From Euglena gracilis (taxonomy: Eukaryota), in NCBI GenBank assembly GCA_039621445.1, contig CP154954.1, positions 21,340,954-21,404,953 of the forward strand: 64,000 bases of DNA, read 5' to 3'. Below the pieces are notes generated by a model. The model searched no databases. It was not told the origin of the DNA and was given only the letters and a program-made list of their open reading frames with translations. Below, in pieces: positions 11,231-22,700 of the stretch (position 1 is its first letter; each line of letters opens with the position of its first letter). Position numbers and translations under genes: made by a program.

Positions 11231-14200
11231 TTCCGATAATTGCGCCGGATTCTTTTCCAATCGGTCAAGACGTCCAAACTCACAGATGGCAGAACCCGCA
11301 TGAGGGTAGAGAGGGTAGGGCAGGAAGGCGGTGTGAAAGGGGGATTCTCCAATTTGGGGGCATGGGTGCAGAATAAGGTTTAGGTTTGGTTTTAGGGTCA
11401 GCATCCGGGCTTGGGTTATGAACAGATTTTGTCCATGAAACCAGCAAACAAAGCACAACACCTGAATTGAGCTTGAGTCCGCTTTGTTGTTTTATTTTTT
11501 TTCGTTCAAAGTTGTGTGTCAAAACTCCATCAGAAAACAATGTTTTCAGTGAACCCCCCCCCCGTCTCATTCGTGGCTGGAGCTCTAGTAGGTTGGTTGC
11601 CCCTTCTCATCCGTGGCTGCAGCCCAGACCTTGACCCCTCCACCTCGGAGTTGGGGGTGATGGGCTTTTTGCCCCAACCCCCACCCTATGCGTCCAATTC
11701 CCATTAAATTGAGCACATTGCCGAAACTCAACAAGAGGTTGAAATGCAAGAACGGGAAACAGGCCACGAGACCCCCACCTTGGGGTCATTCATGGGGGAG
11801 TACACCGGCCACACAAGCCAAAGGAAAAAACCCTAGGGTGTGGGTGACCCACAGGTGAGGCGTACCCCCAAGGGGAAGCTGGGAAAAGGTACCAGTACCA
11901 AGTCGATGCACACCTCATATCGGAGCCACTCACTCAAACTTGAGTGAAGCATCCAGCAAGGGAAGGGGGAGTGCACGCCAACTCCTGTTGCTTCAGAAAA
12001 ATGTGGGTTGAGTTTAAAATGTGGGTTAGGTCGGAAGTTGCATTTGCATCATGTGCCTCGTGGGAGGGACCATGGGAAAAAAAACTTGGCAAAAGGGAGA
12101 GTTTTGGCTCTGATTGTTGTTCTGGACCTTTGAGTTTAACAGACACACTGTACAACACAGCATAAGTGCAGAACTTGGTTGTGAATTTTTTTGTTTTGCA
12201 TTTGTTTATTCATTTGTTTTTGATGCTTGTGTGGACAATTCAAGTGCAATGCTTTGAATGTCCATACCATGGACCCAGGCACGCATGGTGAACCCCACAC
12301 ACACCAAAGGTATTTGGCACATGCAAAAAAAGTGCGGGGTTTTTCGACTCATTTTATTACAATGCATTCATTCTTCATTTTGGTTGGATTTTGGTTGCGC
12401 ATGATTCAGCTTAGTTCCACAATGGAAATGTCTGGAAACGTCTAGAGAAAAGGTGACAAAAGTTGTTTTTGAGACATTTGGGACACTCTCAAACAACTCC
12501 TCTCCCAAATGACATGCGACATGGACAAAATGGCATTTGAGTTTTAGAGAAGCCATTTTCTACACTTTCGACAGGAGGGCAGAAAGATCTTGAGGGCATT
12601 TCGGGGGGATTAAGGTTGATGAGAAGGTGGAATGTTTTCTGTTACCCTCGGGTTGGGCCCGCAGGATGGCATGGGCTCCCAGGGCTGAGGGTGGCTCGGG
12701 GGGCTGCTCGTTGCTGCCAACCCGCTCCGCACTCCCCGCACCCTCACCAGAAGCTGCTCAGAAGCGTTTTGTCCAAACCATTGTTGAGTGTGTGTTCCAG
12801 CCCACCACCCCCAGGGGAGGGGGTGACTGCTTTTTTTTCCTTCGAAAGTGACCCCCCCCCCAGACCGACCGGGGGTGGCACTCAGGATCCCACAAAGGGT
12901 TTCCTCCCGGCACCAAATTTTTTGGCGTTTTTTTGAAGAGTTTTTGCGACGTGCCATTTTGGGTCGATGGAGGTCTGGGGACTCCGGACCAAAATCGGTA
13001 ATTTTGTCTTTCCGCTGTTCAGGGGGTCAGACCCCCCAGGTGACCTGGGGTCCCCTATCACTGGGCCATCCATGCATCCATGCAGCCCTTTTGGAACCAA
13101 TTTGGTTCAGACGTTCATCCCGGCCTTGTTGTTTGCGATGGTAAACCCCCAAGATTTTATTTGGCAAAGGCCTCTCGGGGGGGATTTGCTGAGCACATAT
13201 TTTGCGTATATTTTGCATATTTAGTGCATATATCAGGGCACATTCTGAGGGTTTCGGGATTTTCCCACTGCATATTTTGCTCGTTCCCGCTTATTTTTTT
13301 TGAATGTTTTCTTCATCTTATTCGGGCCGTCATGAATTGCTTCCAACCATTTCAGGCCATTTACTTCCATTTCGGGGACGGATTTTTGGCCTTTTTTTTG
13401 CGATTCCGGACCTTTTTTTTGCCATTTTGGCCAAAAAGTAGTCAAAAACTGGCCTCAAAATGGCGAAAATGGTGGCAAATGGTCCGAAAACGGCTGATCG
13501 TGGCTGGGTTTGGGCTGGAATGGCCCTAAATGGCTTGAAATGCCATTTCGGTCACCTGAATAGTTCCAGTTCCGGATGTATTGCATACTTTCTGCATATT
13601 TAGCGCACATTCCCACATATCTAAACGCGTATTTGGGGGGCTTTTGGCACATATCTCCCCTGCCCTGTTATTTGTCGCAGAAGGCTGTCAGCTTTGCTCT
13701 CAGCCTTTCGAACCGGATTTCCTTTTCCTTTTTTTTGCATTTGCAACCTACACCATGCAGAAGATCAGTGGGGACACAGTTATGTGTGCCCATGAACCAA
13801 TTCGGCGTGCAGAAAAAAATTATGGCAAGTTCTATTTGTGTGCGGTTTCAACGTGGCGAACCGTGCCCCCATCCAAAAAAAAATTTCAGCAGCAAGCAAC
13901 CAAACCCATTGAAGGCCCAGCAGTGGGGAAGAAGCCAGACGACAGCAGAATACCATTCCGTTGTCATCTTCCAAAGTCCCAATAAATTTTGTTTGGGTAT
14001 TAAAAAAAAAAGCACGGCAAGCCCAGCCCGCAAGGCGAAGGCCGCTTGCATGTCCAGATGGAATCAGTGGCAAGGGCCAGCAGAAAACAGGCATTGGAAA
14101 GCCACTTCCAGGGGCCAGGACAGCACTTCCAGGGCCACGTCGGACGGGGGGAGAATGGCACCAGGCCAGGAGGGCACAAGAAGACTCAGGCGGTGCGAGT

Positions 14201-14351
14201 TGCCCAAAAACCTTGACTCCTGGCCGGGCAAAAGAGACAAAATTGCACAGCGAAAAGGAATGTTTTCCTCAAGAGAAATTGGCCAGATCTTTCCTGTCGC
14301 TTTTTTAAGAAGCATGCGGTAATCAAAAAGATGCTTACTACCACCCAGGCG

Positions 14352-14830
14352 ACACCTCCGCACTTTGCCCGTGCGAGGCCATGTCTTGCCGGCGGTGTTT
14401 TTTTGGACTGCGATGCGCTTGGTTAGGAGTCCCTGCTTAATGCCTTTTTCGCCAGAGTTTGGCTGATTTCTAGTTCGCCCTTCGACGACCAGAAGAGAGG
14501 AACCAAATTGAACATCGAAGAAGTTTTCACAGGAGCAATAAATATCACATCAATATCCACAACGAGACGCGCCAGACGAGCATCAATTGAAAACCCATTA
14601 TCGAAATTAATTTGGACTTCAATGAGCAATGAATTACCAAAGAAATTGGAGTCACGCGGTCGGCCTGAAGGAGCAGAAGCGGCCGCGGCAGCTGGAGGAC
14701 CTGAAGGTGCGGACGAGACGTGGCAAACCGTAGCCCCCCCTCCCCCCACCCTTTCGACAGAAACTTTGTCCAATAAATCACCCAGTGACGGCCACTGTCT
14801 CTGGGCCCTTGTGGCCCGAAAGCCCAGCGA
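14352..14830 (+). mobile_element. Truncated 5' fragment of a DIRS-like element (terminal-repeat motif plus start of a gag-like ORF)
   Basis: CTCCGCACTTTGCC..GAGGCCATG..GCCGGCGGTG resembles the terminal motif at 36168-36215 and, inverted, at 40545-40595. The following peptide (LIWTSMSNEL..EAAAAA..WQTVA) resembles the gag-like ORF at 35438-36175 (HNWTSMKNEL..AAAAEA..RQSVA). Confidence 0.45.
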
Positions 14831-15219
14831 TCAGAATCGGTCTCCCACGACACAGGAAGGGGGAGGAAGGGACCAAGAGTGCGAAGCACAAGAAGATGGT
14901 GAGGTCCTGCTTTCCTTGCCGGCTGTTCGGATCTGGTGTGGTGTGTGTGTGCGGGGGGTGCTTCTTGCTGCGCTCTCGTTGCCGGAGTTGGCGATGATGC
15001 TGAGGCCTCCTCCGACACCTTGGCGAAGCTGAACCGTCGTGCCCCCCCCCCCCCTATACATGGTCGCTTGGTGGCCCCCCCCCCCGGTGGTGGGGAATGC
15101 TGTCTCTTTCTGGTGTGTTTCTGGGTGGGTGGTTTGTTTGGGTTGTTTGGCTGGTGGTCCCCTTTCTGGCTGGGATGTCTTTCTTTTGCTGCTGATTATT
15201 CGGGTGGGGGGGGTTTGGC

Positions 15220-16100
15220 TCACCATCTTCTTCTGATTCGCCCTGTTGGTCCCTTCCTCCCCCTTCCTGTGTCGTGGGAGTCTGAGACCATTCGAGCTCT
15301 GCACTGCGAGATGGTGAGGTGCTGTGCACCCCCCTTTGGGCCATATTTTTTTTGAATTTTTGATACGACTCCCAGCCTCAAATAATGGGCCTGAAAAGCT
15401 CCAAAATTTTTCCACTGTCCCAGTTTCTGGACTTCTTCCACTTGCAAGCCCGCATTCTTCCACCATAAAACCCCAGCCCCTCTGGTGCTGTGGGGTTTCC
15501 AGTTGGTGGTGTCCACCCCCCCCCTCTTGCAGAATTTATCTGGTAAGGGAATTCACTCTTTCTGAAGTCAAAGGTCTTTTACCATCCAAAGACCATAACA
15601 TTTTTGTGCCCAACCATGTGGGCTGTCCTTTCCACATACTCTTTCAATAAATGCCAGGGGCTTATGGGGGGGGGTGGCAAACTCAAAATCTCCTCCCACC
15701 TTGGGTACTGCCACCCTTTCCTTTGCAACAAAAAGAAAATTTTTCCTCCGTCAAGACTTATTTTTCGCTGTGTCCTGGCTAGGTCAACCCCCCTGTGGAG
15801 TGCCAAAAGCCTCCAACAAAGGATGAGTCTGCTTCTGAGCTCTTTCACAGATAGTTCTGAGAGGGGTTTTGAATTCCTGATGATGTTCTCCAGGAGTTCA
15901 GTGGGGTCTCAAAAATGGGGGTACTTGCAGACATTGGAATTCCATTTTTTTTTCAATGCAGCCAAAAGGGTGGAAAACCTCAATGACCAAAACCCTGGGA
16001 GTGACAAGGCTGCTGCATATGCATTTCGTGCAGTGTTGCGGCTGTGAACAGCGAGATCAAGGATGGCCTCAGCCATCCTGTGGACTGTGCAACCCTCCTT
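15220..16100 (-). pseudogene. DIRS A tyrosine recombinase (fragmented)
   Basis: LALHRGVDLAR (first Arg box), HSTR, GQW and AHY catalytic Tyr region across several frames. Confidence 0.75.
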
Positions 16101-16299
16101 TGTACAACAATTGGCCCACTAATGTCCTGAATGCTGAGTCATATCTTTTGACATTTCCCAATTTTTTTATGTAAGTTTTGATACTTCTTGGACATCGAAA
16201 CTTCCTGGGATTTGTAATATTTGCCTGACACAATCACATCGGCCAAATTCCACCTTGGGGGTGGGGGGCATCTCCTCCCCCCAGCAGTTGGTGAACAGA

Positions 16300-16603
16300 C
16301 CCCACTGGGGGGGTACCAGCAAAACTTTGTTGCCTGGCTGCCTGATTGACATTAATTGGCGCCATGATGTTGACGCCAGTGGGGTACGATCAATAGACAA
16401 ATCAGGTCTTGATTTAACATTATTCTCTGAACCCACTGGGGAGTGACGCTCCAGGGAGGGTTTGCATAAACTGGGGGGAGTCCCCTTGAATCTGCCTTCA
16501 AGGCATCCACCAGCAAAGCCCCTTGGTGGGGGTATCGACAAATGAACTTGGGGAAGTTTTTGTTACTGGGTGTGCAAAAAATGTCTACCTCTTGGGTTAC
16601 CAC
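16300..16603 (-). pseudogene. DIRS A DNA N6-adenine methyltransferase-like domain
   Basis: EVDIFCTPSNKNFPKF..VDAL..YANPPW..LIVPHW, the MT domain typical of DIRS1 elements. Confidence 0.75.
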
Positions 16604-16763
16604 TCCCCCCCCCTATTTGAGCACACCAACGGCCAAAGGACCCCCAAATGCTTAAATAAGGAAGGTCAAATAAGGGGGGGGGGATTTTGCCTATGAGAGA
16701 GGGCAAAAAAAAAATTTCGGCGCCTTCGACGCCTCAAAAATTTTCTTCACCGGACCCAAATGC

Positions 16764-18089
16764 TCAATTAGCGGGGGGGGGCAAATAAGGGGGGAGTGGT
16801 ATGTCTTTTCCGAAAAATTGAACAATTTGGTGAAAGATGTTCAGGTTTAGGGTATAATCCCCTGGGTCCCTTTGTTCCATGGTAAGGGATTCTGCCAATT
16901 GCTCTTTTGTGGGAACCCAAACCACCTGCACATTGATTTGCTTTTCTTGGCAATGATACAGCAGGGGTTTTAAGACGGAATTTAGGTAGGGCTTTTTGCC
17001 TCCCCATTTTGAAAAAAAACTTACAGCACATGAAGAATGATTGTTTGTTTTGGGTTGGCCAGCCTTTTCACTGTTTCCACTGCTGACATCAACTCTTTTT
17101 GGTTGATGTGAAGGATGTGCAGGTCCTTCCAAAAGTCTTGCACTTTTTGGCATGATTTTTTGTCCAGCCCCCCCCCACTGCCAGGTGCTGCTGTCTGAGA
17201 ACATTTTTTGAGAGGCCTGTGATTGAAATGTCCTGCCAACACCTGGATTTAAAAATGTGTTTAACTCCATAATTTGATCTTTGACCCCCTGTGGAATGGT
17301 TAGGGTGTGGTCCCAACCCCACTTTGTGTGCAAATCCACCATTTTGCAAAGTTGGTCTGTCAGAATTCTGAGAAATGGCACTGATGCTAAAAATATTCCG
17401 ACTTGCCCCACAATAGAACTGAGTTTTCTACAGCTCATTTTTTGTGCAGTCAGCACCTTGCCTAGTTCCTTTCTTAAAGGTTTTAGTTTTTCTTGAGGAA
17501 TTTCCAGTTGGTCCTTTTTCAAATTGACCCACTGGCCCAGATGCCTTATCTCCTGTGTGGGCTCCAGACAGGATTTGGGGAGGTTTAATCTGAACCTGCC
17601 AGTAAAATGTCCTGTTTTATTTCTGCCAAATTCTGGGCTGCTGTCTTCCTGCTGGGGGCTAACAGCAAAATGTCGTCCAGGTAGATGAAAACTACCTTTC
17701 CCTCCTTTCTCCATTTTCTTTCCCAGACTCTCGTTAGAATCATAAGTTTTTGTGGCAAGCTGCTGATGCCAAAGCATGCAGCTTGAAACTGCCAGGTTTC
17801 TTCCCCCACCTGCATGCAAACATATTTTTCTAAGCTGCTGTGCAGCTGTAGATGGAAATAAGCATCTTTCAGATCGATTTTCGGACAAAAGCCAACCTTT
17901 TCTTAAATGTGGGAAGAGTTTCCCATGTGCTCCAGTCTGAACTTCTGGGGGGTGAAGTGGAGATTTAACCGTCGACAATCTGATATTAGTCTTTCCTTTG
18001 TCTTTTCCCCTTATTTGTTGGAAATGATCAAATAAGGGACAAGATGTTTTGCCTCCTCTGGGGGGATTTGCCTGGTTGGCCCTGCACAT
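16764..18089 (-). pseudogene. DIRS A reverse transcriptase / RNase H (frameshifted)
   Basis: YLDD motif in an overlapping frame; LNLPKSCLEPTQEIRHLG; RNase H-like motifs. Confidence 0.8.
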
Positions 18090-18425
18090 TTGTATTATGT
18101 CAGAATGTTCTGGTCATTTGTTATTTCTTGGGGGGTTTTGAAGGGAACTTTTAAGGACACTTGAGGGAGGAGGGGAAGATCTGCCACAACCCCTTCGCTT
18201 ATCAGGTTTAATACCTCTCTTCTGACTTGACCTAACGGGGAATGCTGGCCTGCAGGGCTCTGTAAGGGGACACCCCTGTGTGTAATTTGTCTGGGGATTC
18301 CACAAGCCCCATCACTGGGGTCCTTCCCCCTGGCCTCCCCATCACCGGGGTCGTCTCTCCTCTGGCCCTGCCATAGGGCTGCTCAAATACAGGCTTTCCC
18401 CCTGTCCTTGAAAGATAGGGGAAGG

Positions 18426-18853
18426 AGTGTACGTCCAAAGCTTTTCCTTTTTCCCTTTTTTGGACTTTCTGTAAAAGCCTTTCGCTTTCGCCTTGGTGCG
18501 CAGCCTACTTATGGTAGGGAAAAGTCTTTGGAGTAACGAAAAGTGGTTTTCGCCTTTTCTTCCCAATTCCCCAAGAAGCAAAGCACAAAGCAAAGACTCA
18601 GAAGTTTCTTCTGAGATCAAGTTCGACTGTTCCGAGGGTTTTTCCCTCTGACAAAACCAATGGTCAAACTTTGGAAGAATGACAGTGAAGAATACCACCT
18701 GTGGGGGAAGGAGAGAAAAGTGCTGACGTGTCCAGGGGCAGATCCCAGAAAGGTCCGCCACGATCCTACCAGCTGTGGTTTTTCACAGTGGTGCGACCGT
18801 CACAGAACCCACTCTGCAGATATCCTACAGAGCTGGGACGTGCCTGGTACACA
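18426..18853 (-). repeat. 3' LTR (428 bp)
   Basis: Direct repeat of 34702-35113, differing by about 7 substitutions and one 16-bp indel (counted by eye). Confidence 0.93.
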
Positions 18854-18863
18854 TCCCCCTCCC
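18854..18863 (-). promoter_or_regulatory. Polypurine tract (GGGAGGGGGA)
   Basis: Purine run immediately 5' of the 3' LTR on the element strand. Confidence 0.85.
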
Positions 18864-19759
18864 AGGGCTACGCCCGATTTCCTTCACGGACCAGGGTTTC
18901 CCAGTCCAGTCAGGATATCTGACGCTGCCCCAGGTGGGGTTCACTTCTCCATTCGGTGTCTCTCCTTTCCGCACAGTGGCATCCACCCAAAGCCCAAAAA
19001 CGCGCAAAAGGTTAGCCGCGTTTCGCGGTTACCTATTAGCCGTTTCGGCTTAGGTGGGGTGTGAAAAAAGCCCACTGTGGGAAACGGGGCTTGGCAGTTT
19101 TCCTGACAAAGTGTCCCATCCACCCACTTTGGGTGTGCCAAAGGCACGCGGGGTTGGTCAAGCGATTCGCTGAAAACCCGAGGGGAGAGGTGTGGAAGGG
19201 AGGGGCAGGCTCCTATCCTGGTCATACCCGGATAGGGGTCCTAGGCGGTCATATCCGCACTAGGAAACAAAAGCGTACTTACAAAACCGACTGCCGGCGA
19301 CAGCTTTGCGGGGGTGGGGGGAACGTAGGGAGGAGAGGGGGGGCTGGCTTAGGCCAGAACAGAATTTTTGCTGTCTGGCAGCCTTAGGCGGCCTTATTGG
19401 CCGAAAAGTGACAAGTTGGCCTATTATTACGGCGTGCGCGCTGTGTGCTGTGTGTCACTTAGCGGCTTGCCAGGTTTCCCGGCCGCCAAGGTCTTCACAG
19501 CAGTAGCTCCTTCACGACGCAATAAGAGGCGATTACCTCTTGCAGACAGTTTCCGTCCGCGTGGCCATTGATAGAGGGGTGGTGGCGGGGGGGGGGGGGG
19601 CTCTTGGATGCATCCATCCAGAGCGCAGAGTGTGTGACACAGACCCAGGTTCATCCCAGGGCTGTTTAGCGATTTCCGATATATATATGTATAGTATATG
19701 GATGTCCAGGCTCCATGAAGGCACTTACCTTACATGAGCCTGGTAATGCCGTTTCGGCA

Positions 19760-22700
19760 TTACATCCGTTCCAGCCGCCAATAATCATGGCGGAAGTCCA
19801 AGGGATCTTCCACAAGGACCATCTGGAATTGTGGTGGTGGTGGCCTATCTACGAGCCAGGTTTCTGGCGATTCGTATTCGAAATCAGGCGCCACCCAGTC
19901 CCGAACCCATCCTTCGGGGACTGTGTGCTTGGTTGCACTCGCTCTTTCCGCGAGGAACCATTGCAGCTTCTCCCAGAATTTCCTGGGCAGAGTGGCTGGC
20001 CAGATGAAGTGATTCATCAGTGGGTGATTGACTGACACCTGCGGGGCATTCCCCGGGTGGAAGTCAATCGGCATGTGATACGCACATTCTGCGCGGACTG
20101 TATGGGGTCGTAATACGGCCCCAAGCCAGTCTTTCCAGGTCATCCCGTGGTCTTTGGGTGGCCATTGTGGCAGACACCAGCGACCGTTTTGGTCCTGGGT
20201 TGTGAACAGGCGGAAAAATATCTTTTCCCTGTCCGCTGTCTCCCAGAGGTCAGGTAATCTTACCTCTGCCTCCTCGGCAGCAAGGCGTATCGCCCAACTG
20301 TCGATCTGCCACCCACGGGCCATTCCCGTGTGGCGGTAGTCGTCAAGCTTGAGGTTGGAGTACTTGAAAAAATCTTGTACTTTTTGTGCAAGGTGGAGTC
20401 TTCCTCCAGTGGCTTCTGGGCACTTGGCACGATTGTGCGAACTGCGCCTTCCGCAGTTTGCCAGAAGGTACCTCGAAGGCAATTGACGCAGAGTATCGGT
20501 ACATTCGTACCGTCTCGCTCGGTGTAGCTAAAATTGTGCTTGTGGGTCCAACTGTCCACGCACTTGGCGCATACCAAGGCGGCACAGTTGGGGATGTATG
20601 CATCCTTGTGGAACGATTTTCGATCCACAGGGTTGCACACATGGACGAGGGGTAATCCCAGGTCAGGTGCACTGTTATACATCTTGTGGCATACAGTTCA
20701 AAGCCACACAAAACGGTTTTCCGTTGTTTTGTCGATGAGGAATTCCTCACCGAAGTATCGGGCCAAAACACGGGGGGATCTGGAATTATAATAATTCCAG
20801 GTCACGTTCTGATCAAAGGACCATTTTCGGCCCTGACAGAACAGTGGCTCAATCCACCGGTTGAGGCATTGCTGTGTCCTCGGTTTGTGGTCGATCATCA
20901 TGTACCTGTTTTTCAGGTCATGAATCTCAGGATCATCCTGATTGACCGCGTTCCAGTCGATGATAACTTCGTCTTCCGAAGGTGTCTCGGCTGGTGAGGA
21001 TTTTCCCTGCCCCTTTGACGAAGGTTTCGGCTGTGAGGTTTTCCCATAGCCGGATGATGTGACGTGCGTGAATCCTTGTCCCGAGGTTGATCCCCGAGAA
21101 GAGGATGCAGCACTCTGGCCGCCAGCACCACCACCGCCTTTCGGTGGGGGCTGATCACCAGATTTCGGTGTGGGCTTACAAGGTGCGGCGCCCGGCTTTG
21201 ATTTTGCCGGGGCCTTAGGACTTCCGGTTTCCGGAGCATCCGAGGGCCGCCGATCGGCGTCACGCTTGCTTGCCCAGGTGCGTGGTGACGCTTGGGACGG
21301 GGGTCTTCTCCCCGACACCGAGCGTCGTTGACCTTCGGCAGGGGTTTCCCGAGCTGAGGGTCGTCCTACGCGTTCCTTCGCGGCTTCCGTGGGTTTCCCA
21401 GGGGCAGCCGTGGGGGATGGTGTGGGTGTAGGCTTGGCTGGCGCACTTCGCGCTGGTTGAGCTTGTGGTGGGGGCATGGACGTCCGCTCAGCCTGTTTTT
21501 CAGGCGCCGGTGTCCGTGTACCCGGGTGCTTTGGTGCAGTGGCTGTGGATGTGCGCTGAGGTGCGGGTTCATCCCGTGCCTCGGCTGGCGCTACCGGTGC
21601 TGATATAGGTTTATCCTGTACTGGCACGGCTGCTGTTGTCTCCACGGCCATTGCTGTCTGTTCGCCCTCCGTCCGTGTCGATTCCGACACCGGCGGTGGC
21701 GCGCCGCTGGGGGACGTTCATCCTCCACCATGGCTGTTGTGTCAGGTGTGTATCCCGCCGGCTGTGCAGTTTCCGCCGCAGCTGTGGAAGAACTGGCCGC
21801 AGTGCCACGTGGGGTGACAACTGCGATGAGTGACCGCAAACCACCGAGTACGCGTCCGCCCAGCGAGGTGCGTCGCTCCTCACCTGAAGTGGGCTCCTAG
21901 GCTGGCTCCTCTGTTAACGGGGTTTCCCCGGGAACAGGGAGGTTGAGGCGTAATACCTCAGGCGTGTGGGGCACCGTCTCCGGCGGGTTCTCCCGCGGAG
22001 GGGTCGGTCTCCCCGGCGTACCCAGTGAGGATGGTGACGGTGGGACGGGTGTCATTTCGCCTGTCGGCGATCCTGGGCGCTGGGCAGTTTCTGCCACAGT
22101 GTCCAGCATCACGACCGATGGGCTACGGGTTTCCCGTGCCGGAGGTTCTGCTGGCTGAGGTTCATCCTCGGCCATAGGGACCTCTTCCTCCTCCTCCTCC
22201 GCTTCCGAGGGGAGTCCTCTGTGTGGAGTTGTGCTGCAGTACGCGGGTCTTTTCCGCTTCTGTAGCACCCTTGTGCATCTGACAGGCGGTAAAAGCTTAT
22301 ACTTTCACTTCTGTCAGTCTGGGGTATGGGGGCGGCCACGACGCTCTCACCCAGCTTCCGGGTGGAGGCTGCGGCTCGTCGTCGTCGATCAGGCAGAGGT
22401 CTTCCCACTGCTGTCGACAATTCTCAGTCACGCCGTAATCTCCTAGTTCTTCCAGGAAAGCGGGCAGCGGCAACGCATAACGAGGTACTTTTCCCTCGTG
22501 TGCGGCGAAAAACATCTGGAAATCTTCCCATATCAGGATATTCCCGAATTGGGTATCCAGGTGCTCCTGGAGGCCAATTTCGGCCTCTTCCCAGTCCGGT
22601 CGCAGGTTCATCCTGCGCTGGTCAGGGTCATTGGGTCTGGGCGCCACCTCGGTGTATCCCCGAGGTAACCGCCCTTCTGTGGACATCCACATCGGTGTTC

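Larger units (their letters stand above)
14830..18425 (-). mobile_element. DIRS-type tyrosine-recombinase retrotransposon A, 3' part (RT, RNase H, MTase-like domain, YR), degenerate
   Basis: Frameshifted RT (FIYLDDILLL, 17585-17815), RNase H-like region (MFSDSS..W..HINQKEL), MTase-like EVDIFC..VDAL..VYANPPW (16352-16603) and tyrosine recombinase PHSTRGAG..LGQW..FQAHY (15220-15516), in DIRS order. Confidence 0.85.
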
